A DNA stretch of 64,000 nucleotides from Minisyncoccota bacterium (GTDB taxonomy: Bacteria; Patescibacteriota; Microgenomatia; PFEM01; JAFGMK01). The stretch is taken from positions 1,115 to 65,114 of the forward strand of contig JAFGMK010000008.1 in assembly GCA_016927565.1 (NCBI GenBank), written 5' to 3'. A model generated the notes under the pieces. It did not search any database and was not told where the DNA came from. It worked only from the letters and a program-made list of their open reading frames with translations. The translations under genes were made by a program, and so were the position numbers. This document shows positions 26,981 to 35,969 of this stretch, one piece after another. Every line of letters begins with the position of its first letter. Position 1 is the stretch's first letter.

Positions 26981-27907
26981 ATGAGTCTTAAAGGCAATCA
27001 TCTAACCAATGTTTTCGATTTAAATCGTGAACAGATAGAGCTTATTTTCGAAACTGCCAAAGATTTAAAACGAAGACAGAAAATCGGCCAGCCTCATCAG
27101 TTGTTAAAAGGAAAATCTTTGGGCATGATTTTTCAGAAACCTTCCACCAGAACCCGGGTGAGTTTTGAGGTAGGTATGACCCAGCTTGGCGGCCATGCTC
27201 TTTACTTGGGACCCAATGATCTGCAGTTAAACCGCGGAGAAACTATTGCTGATACAGCCAAAGTCCTTTCCCGTTATGTTGATGGGATAATGGCCCGGGT
27301 TTTTTCGCATAATGATATTGTCAGTCTGGCAGAAAATTCGACGGTACCGGTTATAAATGGCCTGTCCGACAGGTTTCATCCCTGTCAGGCGCTGACTGAC
27401 CTTTTTACTATTTTGGAGAAATATCAATCATTTGATGGTTTGAAGGTCGGCTTTGTCGGGGATGGCGATAATAATGTGACCTACTCGCTCATGTATTTGT
27501 GTGCCAGGCTGGGAATTGACATCAGTGTTGGTTGCCCCCCGAAATACAATGTTAAGGACGAGGTCTTGGCTGTAGCTAAAAAGGAAGCTAACAAAACAGG
27601 AGCAAAAATTACCGTTACCCCGGATCCTGAAAAAGCTGTTGCCCTGGCTAATGTTATTTACACCGATGTTTGGGTTAGTATGGGGCGCGAAGATAAAGAA
27701 GAGCGGCTCAAAGCTCTCAAGCCCTATCAGGTAAATAACTTCTTGATTAAGAGGGCGGCTCGGCACGCTATCATTATGCATTGCCTGCCGGCTCACAGAG
27801 GAGAGGAGTTAACAAACGAAGTTATGGATGGACCTCAGTCGGTTGTTTTTGACCAGGCCGAAAATCGGCTTCATATCCAAAAAGCTATCATGGCCTTGAT
27901 GATGTAA
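26981..27907 (+). CDS. argF: Ornithine carbamoyltransferase (probably catabolic)
   Basis: PSTRTRVSFE, HPCQALTD, YTDVWVSMG, HCLPAHRG, QAENR. Confidence 0.96.
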   Translation: MSLKGNHLTNVFDLNREQIELIFETAKDLKRRQKIGQPHQLLKGKSLGMIFQKPSTRTRVSFEVGMTQLGGHALYLGPNDLQLNRGETIADTAKVLSRYVDGIMARVFSHNDIVSLAENSTVPVINGLSDRFHPCQALTDLFTILEKYQSFDGLKVGFVGDGDNNVTYSLMYLCARLGIDISVGCPPKYNVKDEVLAVAKKEANKTGAKITVTPDPEKAVALANVIYTDVWVSMGREDKEERLKALKPYQVNNFLIKRAARHAIIMHCLPAHRGEELTNEVMDGPQSVVFDQAENRLHIQKAIMALMM

Positions 27908-27976
27908 GAATTCAAAACAGAGGGCGGTCCAAAAAAGAAGGAACAAGCTGGCTGGGGCGGATTGTTTTTACTGTCT

Positions 27977-30907
27977 TTACTGACAATTCTTTCCCCATTC
28001 CCTTATCACTTCTCCCAGGTCAATCCCGTTAACTTTGCGATCATTGTTAATGTCTTCGGCCAACCCCGACCCTGTTTTTCCCCAGGCGCCGATTACTTGG
28101 AGAAAATCAGCCAATCCTACCGACCCGTCGTTATTGACGTTGGCCAAACAAAGAGCGGGAGTGGGAGTAACAACCGGTCCTGAAGAATTTGCTTCAATCG
28201 TTGCCACTAGGTTTTGGATATAAAAAAGGTCTCCTTTTTCGAACCCGGGGACATCCAGATATTTAACCAGCTCCTCGTAAGATTCTTTAAGAATCAAAGC
28301 TTTAGCTTGGAAAACAGCGGGAACATCAAGCAGGTGCTGCAGACCGGATTCGTTGTTGCCGTCATCAAATTTGGACACAAACCAGCCCGGAGTAACATAG
28401 TTATATTCATCAACCGCTTCCTGGACTTTTGACAATGCATGTTGGTTCAGATAATCTCCCAGTTCGGGGACAAGATACAAGAAATTTCTGGCAGTATTCA
28501 TAACCAAAAGATAAACAGAATCCTGAGGGCCGCCACCGCCAAACTCATTGTCTTTTGAAAAATTTCCGATTCTTGCCTGCAATAAGCTGTTTAAGGTTGA
28601 TTGTCTGGAGCAGCTCTGGGGAATTCCCTGATTATTACTTCCGGTATTAACCAGTTCTTCAAGCTTGCAATAGCCAATATATCCGGCAATGTAAGCGTTG
28701 TGCATATAAGGGTAATCGGTGAGAAGATTATTGGAAGGCGGGGATTCAAGTTTGTTTTTAATCTGGTTAAAGACGGTGCTTGCTCCGCCAAATTCCTCTG
28801 CATATTTCCATAATGCATAAAAGTTATATTGAGGAAAGTCCCAAGACCAATCCGACACGTTTATAGCAGGTTCATAGTAATAACTGGAAGTTTTGGATCC
28901 GTAGCTGTTCATTCCCAGTTGAATCTCCGGCAAAGTCTCAAAAGCCTCTCTTTTGGAGCCGGTTGCCCAGCCGATTTGAGCAATCTGGTAGGGAGGGTAG
29001 TCTTCATATTCCTGTTGGATGTATGAGCGGGCCTGCTGTTGCAGTGAGGGAGATAAATGAGGCAGAGTCCTGATTAGAGTTTCTATGGTTTCGGCTGGAT
29101 TATGGAAATAGTGGATAAGGTTACGCGGACCCATACTGGGGTCAGGTATCCCGCCGCTGTGATATCCGGGCCGCAAATGACCGGCTTCAATCATTTTTTG
29201 CACCTCCGTCTCTAATTTTTCTTTTAGCCGGAAAACGGCAATTGGCGGTTGGTTTTGCCGGACATTGACTGGCCGGGCATTCGGCAGGGGATTGTGAGCG
29301 TTCCCGTTCGGCCCAAAGGCCAATAAGCCGTTATAAACATGGTAAAAAACTTTTCCTTTATAAGGAATTGGCGGGTTTTTAGGTTCACCGTAGATTCTGT
29401 TTTGACTTCTGTGTGTTTCGCTGGATGAATATCCCGGAGCAAGAGAATACAGATTATAAGTATAATAATTCCATACTCTTTCTCCGGAAGTAGTCGATAT
29501 ATCGATTGCTCCAGCTTCGCTTTCCCAATGCTGGAAGTAAATCAAATTTCCTCCGGCAGAGAAGGTGTGGAATTCATCATTGGGCATTCCGCTTTTCAGA
29601 TTGCTGATATATTTTGTCCCAAACTTCCAACCGACCACATGTCCCCGTCCGATCCATGGGTCAGAGATATAGTTGTTAAACTGATATAAAACGCCGTCGC
29701 TGCCGATCACCGGCGGATATCTATTGCCTCCATGGCTCCACCCCCCCCAGAGAAAAGGGGCATAATCGGGCAATCCGTCTGAGTCTGCGTCAAAAGTAAC
29801 TTCATTCCCGTTGGCTCTGTTTATGACAAAATAAGTTCTTTTCCACGGCTTATGATCGTTTCTTTCCAGGCCGGCGGGGTCGGAATCGGCTTCCTGGGCA
29901 GTTGGCTGCTCGTAATGATCGACTATTCTTTGGACATCGACAGTTTGTGTCCCGCTAACCCAATCGCCCGGTTGGGTTCCGTTTCCTTGAGGGTAACTGA
30001 CTAATTGCCCGTTGGGGATATTATTTGCGGTAAAAACTTCTCTAAGTTCAGTACCGTCAAATTTACTTCTAAGATCACTATATTGCAGCGTTAAGTCGGC
30101 AAAGTCTATCAGATAATTGTGGCTCCCGCCAAAAATGACATAATTTTGGTAAATTACCGGCCAGAAAGAATGAAATCCTGCTCCGGGTAATTTTGGTGAT
30201 TTCCAGACTCTGGCTCCGGTAGTTGCATTTAAAGCATAAGCATGAGCATCATTAGCGGCAAAGTAGATGACATTATCTGCGTAAGCCGCAGAAAAGAGAA
30301 TCGGTCCGCCGGTTTGGTGCGACCAGAGCAAACTGCCGGTTGTGCTGTTTAAGGCATACATTTTGCCGTCGCGGTTTCCGACATAGACGATATTATTAAC
30401 CACCAGGGGATTAGTTTCGAAACCTGCTTCAGCTTGATCAAAGATCCAAATGATCTTGTTGTTAATGCGATAGCCGGTTTCGCTGTCTACTGGCAATGAA
30501 GAAAGGCTGGGTTTGGCTTCAATGGCGTGAACCTTTTTGTCATATCCTCCCACATACAGCCTGCCCTCAACAACGGTGGGTGATTGGCCGAGAGGCAGTT
30601 CGGTGGGATAAACCCAGGCGATATCGCCATTACTGGCATTCAGAGCGTAAAGCCCTCTTGCTGTAGACAGATAAACCAAATCATTAGCGGCGATTACCTG
30701 TATCTTCCCATTAACATAGGGATTAATTGGCCGATACCAAACAGGGGATAATGTGCCTCTCACCTCTTCGGCTGTCCAGGATATTCTTTGCGGATTGGCG
30801 CCGGACATGGCCCAATTCTGTTCCCACCAGGAAGAACTTTGAGCTGCGGCTTGATTGGAAAAAGCGACAAACAGAACGGCTGTTATTAAACAAATTCTAA
30901 TTTTCAT
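27977..30907 (-). CDS. Secreted PQQ-like beta-propeller protein with dockerin-like tail (paralog of 14797-17643)
   Basis: Shared blocks STARGLYALNA, AGFETNPLVV, HNAYIAGYIGYCKLEEL, GDLFYIQNL; likely start ATG 30907. Confidence 0.9.
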   Translation of the reverse strand: MKIRICLITAVLFVAFSNQAAAQSSSWWEQNWAMSGANPQRISWTAEEVRGTLSPVWYRPINPYVNGKIQVIAANDLVYLSTARGLYALNASNGDIAWVYPTELPLGQSPTVVEGRLYVGGYDKKVHAIEAKPSLSSLPVDSETGYRINNKIIWIFDQAEAGFETNPLVVNNIVYVGNRDGKMYALNSTTGSLLWSHQTGGPILFSAAYADNVIYFAANDAHAYALNATTGARVWKSPKLPGAGFHSFWPVIYQNYVIFGGSHNYLIDFADLTLQYSDLRSKFDGTELREVFTANNIPNGQLVSYPQGNGTQPGDWVSGTQTVDVQRIVDHYEQPTAQEADSDPAGLERNDHKPWKRTYFVINRANGNEVTFDADSDGLPDYAPFLWGGWSHGGNRYPPVIGSDGVLYQFNNYISDPWIGRGHVVGWKFGTKYISNLKSGMPNDEFHTFSAGGNLIYFQHWESEAGAIDISTTSGERVWNYYTYNLYSLAPGYSSSETHRSQNRIYGEPKNPPIPYKGKVFYHVYNGLLAFGPNGNAHNPLPNARPVNVRQNQPPIAVFRLKEKLETEVQKMIEAGHLRPGYHSGGIPDPSMGPRNLIHYFHNPAETIETLIRTLPHLSPSLQQQARSYIQQEYEDYPPYQIAQIGWATGSKREAFETLPEIQLGMNSYGSKTSSYYYEPAINVSDWSWDFPQYNFYALWKYAEEFGGASTVFNQIKNKLESPPSNNLLTDYPYMHNAYIAGYIGYCKLEELVNTGSNNQGIPQSCSRQSTLNSLLQARIGNFSKDNEFGGGGPQDSVYLLVMNTARNFLYLVPELGDYLNQHALSKVQEAVDEYNYVTPGWFVSKFDDGNNESGLQHLLDVPAVFQAKALILKESYEELVKYLDVPGFEKGDLFYIQNLVATIEANSSGPVVTPTPALCLANVNNDGSVGLADFLQVIGAWGKTGSGLAEDINNDRKVNGIDLGEVIREWGKNCQ

Positions 30908-30912
30908 AGGGC

Positions 30913-33579
30913 CTAACTCCCGCAACCCCAATCGCCAATCGCAATTATCAAATCAAAACCGTTTACTTTTCCATCATCGTTTAAATTTTCTTTTAAGTCA
31001 ACCCCTTCTCGGCCCCAAGAAGAAATAATCTGATAAAAATCATCGGCATTAACCTGGCCATTATTATCTACGTCACCGCGGCAGACAGGATTTGTCGGAA
31101 ATATTGCCTTGGGAATCAGTTTAATTGCCAGATCAGCCTCAAGATTATTAATAGCGAGGCTTATTTGGCCTGAGTTGGAAATTGATTTTGTTTCCTGATT
31201 GGTTTTTTGGCCGGTTCGGGTATTCCACCATTCCAAGTCGTATTCACCACTAAGAAGCCCGCTAATGGTTAAAGTGCTGCTGACTGGTGAAGACTGAGGA
31301 TTGGTCCAGGTATGATTGCGATTATCTATCCATAACAGCATCCGGCCGTCACGGTTGCTTTTAACTCCCCAGGCCCTGATGTTTGAGTTGCTGGTATTGA
31401 TCTGTTGACCGTTTTCTAAATCAGTGCCTATTTCAGTAAAACTGCCATTATTGACCGGCTCGCCTTTCATAAAAGTTTCGTAAGCCTGGAACATTTTGAA
31501 AGTATTAGCTTGGGTGTTGGGGTATTGGCAGCCGGCTTCGGCATCCCAGCTGCTACAATCCTTAAACATTCTGGGATACCATTCTCCGTCACAGCTGGAT
31601 CCCAGAATACCGATGTGAGCCCAAAGTTTTTTATGATACCAGAGACCTTGAGGTTCTTTCTGGACTTCGGGGTGCTGCGGGTCAGTTCCGGAAGCGGCTA
31701 CTCCGCCTTCCCCTTTTATAATTGGTTTTAAATAGCCTGAATTTCTATAGCCCCGGAAAAGATTGAAACATTCTCTTACATAGGCAGCTGAATCTTGCCA
31801 AATATTGCTGATGGCTCCGGATGAGCCGTTTTGCTGGCTGTATAAATGCTGATCTGAGTAATCAATCAGGTATTTTTTTTCCGGATTGTTGAAAAAATCC
31901 CCAATCCAATAGCCCCAAAAAGAGTTGGTCATCATTACATGACGGGGTGATAAATCATGAACAAGACCGGCCAAGTGCCAGGCTGAGTCAAAAGAAAGGA
32001 TCCTGCCGGATCCCCGAGGGTCTTCATACCAGCCGCTTTCATTGCATAATTCCAGAGAATGGATTGAGGGGGAGTATGACCAGCGGCCGATAAAGTAGCG
32101 GGCATAAGCGTCTTCGTACCAGCGGGCTGCTTGGCCGTCGGCAGAGTAAAAATTCACCGGGCATTCTCCCCAGTCACAGCGGTAGGAATCACCGAAACTT
32201 CCGTCGGGCTGAAAATGGTTCAGAACCCGATCGTTTTTTTCGAAAACAGTCAATTTATGGTAAACCCCGTATCTTTCGGAAAGTTTCAGAGCTTCATCCA
32301 GTCTGGCGGCACTGGGTTGATCAACATATAAATGAGTGTCCGGGTCGCCTCTGGTTAACAGGTTCGGTCCCCAATCGCCGCGGCCGGTTTCGTCGCGTTG
32401 AAGGACCATTGAGTGGAGCCTGATTGAACCCTCGGCAGAGGCGTTAAAAGGTGAAGGTGCTTCTGCGGAAACATAAAGACCGCGGACTCCGGCTGTCAGA
32501 CTGCTGTTTGAATTGTTTATCGTTAATGAGTAGTCATGCCAGCCGCTTTGCTGATAGGCACACTGGAAACCATTGGCTTTATGGATTGTGTTGGTTTCCG
32601 AGCAGATGTCCAAGTAAGAATTGCCTAATTGGAGCCTCATTACCTTCTGCCCTTCAACCCGGCCTCGGAAGCTAAAGCGGTATTGGCTCCGTTCTGCCGG
32701 AATCTGCTGGGTCGAATAATAATAAGGCCGGAAGCTGACTTTTTTGCCGCTGGCAGTGTCGACGATATCAAATCGTTCCCGGCCTTCGCTAAAACCCCAG
32801 GCAATTCTGATCCAATCGCCGTAAGGAGCGATCATAAAATTGGCGCCTTCACCGGTGGGAAACCAGCGGATAAAACGGGCTCCGTTGTTGCCTAATTTGG
32901 CGATGTTTTGCCGGAGATCACTGAGGTCATTGAAAGGGTTGCCCTCTTCCATATTCAGAAGGGGACTGACAAACGGTTCGCCATTGGAAAATTCAAAAAA
33001 ACGGGAATCAGCCTGGGAGACTTTAAGATAGCCCTTGCAAAGATGTTCCTGGCTGGTGCAGGCTATCGTTTCAAAACTGCCGATTGCTGATTGAGCGCTG
33101 CCGGCAGCCTCAGTTACTTTAACTTGGTATTTCCAGCTGCCTTCTTCTTCCGGGGAAAAGCGGCAACGCCAATCAGCCGGCCCTTCCGGGAGTAAACTGA
33201 TATTGCTGCCACTTCCTACTTCCCGAACCGGTTGATAATAAAAACAGGGCGTTTTTTTGGCGTTTTGCCAGTTAACCTCTCCGGGTGGCAAGAATAAGGC
33301 ATCAACACTGACTCCGATGCCGGGTTCTATTCCGGCTGCCGGGTGAGGATCATAAGGGAAATAAGGATTAGTAAAATCAGTGTTTTCAAGATTGAAGCTG
33401 ATTTCGAACTTATTAAATTTTTCTATCTTGCCGGGAGTCTCTGCTTTAAGGTTGGTAAGTGATGGTGCTGCCAAGACGGAAGCCGGAAAGAAAAAAGAAG
33501 CAATGGAGAAGCAGGAAAATAAGATAATGAAGATTTTTGATCTCGCTTGATTATAATTGTAATTTACTGATAACTTCAT
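30913..33579 (-). CDS. Secreted DUF5060-like/glycoside-hydrolase (clan A-like) protein with dockerin-like tail
   Basis: FEISFNL...NPY, WRCRFSP, RYFIGRWSYSPSIHSLELCNE, KPIIKGEGG; GDVDNNGQVNADD and NLNDDGKVNGFDL. Confidence 0.8.
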   Translation of the reverse strand: MKLSVNYNYNQARSKIFIILFSCFSIASFFFPASVLAAPSLTNLKAETPGKIEKFNKFEISFNLENTDFTNPYFPYDPHPAAGIEPGIGVSVDALFLPPGEVNWQNAKKTPCFYYQPVREVGSGSNISLLPEGPADWRCRFSPEEEGSWKYQVKVTEAAGSAQSAIGSFETIACTSQEHLCKGYLKVSQADSRFFEFSNGEPFVSPLLNMEEGNPFNDLSDLRQNIAKLGNNGARFIRWFPTGEGANFMIAPYGDWIRIAWGFSEGRERFDIVDTASGKKVSFRPYYYSTQQIPAERSQYRFSFRGRVEGQKVMRLQLGNSYLDICSETNTIHKANGFQCAYQQSGWHDYSLTINNSNSSLTAGVRGLYVSAEAPSPFNASAEGSIRLHSMVLQRDETGRGDWGPNLLTRGDPDTHLYVDQPSAARLDEALKLSERYGVYHKLTVFEKNDRVLNHFQPDGSFGDSYRCDWGECPVNFYSADGQAARWYEDAYARYFIGRWSYSPSIHSLELCNESGWYEDPRGSGRILSFDSAWHLAGLVHDLSPRHVMMTNSFWGYWIGDFFNNPEKKYLIDYSDQHLYSQQNGSSGAISNIWQDSAAYVRECFNLFRGYRNSGYLKPIIKGEGGVAASGTDPQHPEVQKEPQGLWYHKKLWAHIGILGSSCDGEWYPRMFKDCSSWDAEAGCQYPNTQANTFKMFQAYETFMKGEPVNNGSFTEIGTDLENGQQINTSNSNIRAWGVKSNRDGRMLLWIDNRNHTWTNPQSSPVSSTLTISGLLSGEYDLEWWNTRTGQKTNQETKSISNSGQISLAINNLEADLAIKLIPKAIFPTNPVCRGDVDNNGQVNADDFYQIISSWGREGVDLKENLNDDGKVNGFDLIIAIGDWGCGS

Positions 33580-33738
33580 CTTTTAAGAGATTGTAGTTCA
33601 TTATTTATTTTTAGACAATCCTCTTTTTTTGAGTAATTGCCCGATTTCTTGGACAAAAAACCAAAAATTTTCGAAAAACTTAACTTTTTCCGATGTGCTG
33701 AAATAAACCCACGCCGGGCGTAGAGGCAAAAATTAAAA

Positions 33739-33754
33739 AGTAATCTTTCTTACA
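33739..33754. promoter_or_regulatory. Crp-like box (AGTAA-N6-TTACA)
   Basis: AGTAATCTTTCTTACA upstream of the Dps-like gene. Confidence 0.5.
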
Positions 33755-33822
33755 GACTTCTTTCGGAATTTTGACTATCTTTGATAAATAGTTTTGATTT
33801 ATTCAGAAAGGAGGTGAAAAAA

Positions 33823-34374
33823 ATGGCTAAAGTAGCAATTGATGTTGTTAAAAAATCCGGCGTTGATGTTGGCAAATTGTTGAAACTGTTGATCAAAAAT
33901 GCTTCTGCTGAATTGACAACGTACTATTATTACACCATTCTCAGGGCTAATTTAATCGGTTTAGAGGGAGAAGGTGTAAAGGAAATTGCCGAAACAGCGA
34001 GGATTGAAGACCGCAATCATTTTGAGGCCCTAATGCCTCGTATTTATGAGTTGGGAGGCAGATTGCCGGCCGATATGAAAGAGTTTCATGATTTGTCAGC
34101 TTGTCCGCCGGCCAGTCTTCCCGAAAAACCGAACGATACTAAAGCTCTGCTTAAAGTGTTAGTTGAGGCGGAAAGATGTGCGGTTTATGGCTATACCCAA
34201 ATCTGCAATATGACCGCCGGTAAAGATCATCGGACATACGATTTGGTTTTGGCGATTCTAAACGAAGAAATTGAACACGAATCGTGGTTTTCTGAATTTC
34301 TGGGCGAGGGGCCTTCGGGTCATTTCCTCCGCCGGGGAGAAACATCACCCTTTGTTTCGAAATTTCTCAAGTGA
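33823..34374 (+). CDS. dps: DNA protection during starvation protein (archaeal-type Dps-like ferritin)
   Basis: AELTTYYYYTILR, EDRNHFE, AERCA, EEIEHESWF; SD AGGAGGTGA before ATG 33823. Confidence 0.9.
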   Translation: MAKVAIDVVKKSGVDVGKLLKLLIKNASAELTTYYYYTILRANLIGLEGEGVKEIAETARIEDRNHFEALMPRIYELGGRLPADMKEFHDLSACPPASLPEKPNDTKALLKVLVEAERCAVYGYTQICNMTAGKDHRTYDLVLAILNEEIEHESWFSEFLGEGPSGHFLRRGETSPFVSKFLK

Positions 34375-34610
34375 TGAATTGGGTTTGTCGAGCGCTCAAG
34401 CCTGTCTTGGGCGCTTTCAGCCTTTTCAAAAAAAGTTTATTTTGTCCGGATAGTCAAAAAGAATTCTTTTTTGGCTTTTGCTATAATCTTTCTTGAACGG
34501 GAAAGTTGCGAGAACGAAGAAATTTATGATTTTCCATTCCAATGAAAGACGCGGATTAATTATTAAAAAGATCAGAAAGGAGTTAATTATCTGATTCGGA
34601 AAATCCGGCG

Positions 34611-35858
34611 GTGGGAAAAATGACAGAAGAGGCTTTTATTCAGGAGAACGGGCTTTCGGGTAGTTGTTCCGAAGTGTTAGAAAAACCGGAAGGGCAGATC
34701 GAGGTGAGGAATTTGGCTCGATTGGGTCTGGTTCGCTTGGCGGCAACTACTTCCGCAGGCCGATCGGTAATTCTGCCGGAGCAGGTTTTAGCGATTTATG
34801 ATCTTCGTCCTCATCTTTCCCGAGCCGGAATCGCGCTTCAGTCCGGGGTTTCGGAAACAACTATTGAAACAGTTGAGATTAAAGCTAGAGCTTCCTTAGC
34901 TTGGGCAACTGATCATCTTCAGGGAGGAAATAGGCGAAAAGAAGGTTTGGGAAACCGGGGAAAGCAGTACTACGATCGATTGGAAAAACTCCAGGCCATG
35001 ACAGAAAGAATGGAGAGGATTATTGCTGAACCTCGGGTGAGAAACCATCTGGTAAAAATGCCGGTCTCTCTGGAATTGGCGCAAGCCTATGCCAGAGATC
35101 ATACGGTTGGATTCTTTTTGGCAGAAGAGGGGTTTGCCTCCCCCAAACCTTTAGTTAATCAATATAATAGCTCCGTCAGACATCTTTTGGGGCTATCGGG
35201 AACAGGAGAGATTAGAAGAAAAATCAAAATTGGCGATTTGTCTCGGCGAATCCTTTTTTCCCGTTGGCTTAATCACCGTGGTGCCGATTGGAGAGATGCT
35301 TTAGTCAGCCGGGCGGCGGTTGCAGTTTTCACCGATCCAACGGCGGATTTAACCCACAATGGCCAGAGCACTTTATCGGATATGCGGATTTTCTTAGAGT
35401 CGATGATCAGACTGGAATACCGGCAGCTGGAAAGGGACCCGATTTTTAGATTCGCTGATGAGTTTCGAGAGCTGTTTCCTGCTGGTTTGGAAACAGGAGG
35501 AAAAAGCTTTGAGGGTATTTCTATCCCCGGCAGTTATGGGGCTTATGATGTTCTTTATGACTCCTGCCCGACAGCAATAAAAGGATTTGCCCGTTTATAT
35601 ATCCAAAAATCTGATTGGCAGGCTCTTTTGAATTATATGGATTCCGGTTACATTTACGCATTATCAACTAGAAAAAAGGTTATATCAGCCGGAGGGCGGT
35701 TTTTGGAAAACGCTTTGTCGGCCACAGGACCCGGTGGCCATCTCGGAGTTAAGACGCTGGTTTATAACCGCCGGCGAGATTTAAAAAGGGCAGCTTATTG
35801 GGCCCAAAAATTAGCTGATAAAGATAAAAACAGTCAGGCGCAGCAAGACCTATCATAG
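34611..35858 (+). CDS. Hypothetical protein
   Basis: 415-aa ORF, no recognised motif. Confidence 0.65.
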   Translation: MGKMTEEAFIQENGLSGSCSEVLEKPEGQIEVRNLARLGLVRLAATTSAGRSVILPEQVLAIYDLRPHLSRAGIALQSGVSETTIETVEIKARASLAWATDHLQGGNRRKEGLGNRGKQYYDRLEKLQAMTERMERIIAEPRVRNHLVKMPVSLELAQAYARDHTVGFFLAEEGFASPKPLVNQYNSSVRHLLGLSGTGEIRRKIKIGDLSRRILFSRWLNHRGADWRDALVSRAAVAVFTDPTADLTHNGQSTLSDMRIFLESMIRLEYRQLERDPIFRFADEFRELFPAGLETGGKSFEGISIPGSYGAYDVLYDSCPTAIKGFARLYIQKSDWQALLNYMDSGYIYALSTRKKVISAGGRFLENALSATGPGGHLGVKTLVYNRRRDLKRAAYWAQKLADKDKNSQAQQDLS

Positions 35859-35969
35859 ATCAGAGATTATTGAAAAATATCTTTTAAGCTGTAAAGATTG
35901 AAGAAGATTAAACCCTTTTAAGACACTGGGGTTTTCTTTTGAAATCAGAAGCAGTCAATAAGAGAATGG

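Noticed and set aside
14797-30907. Recent inverted duplication acting as an invertible segment
   Set aside because: The paralogs differ at many synonymous positions and by indels, so they are old; no invertase is present
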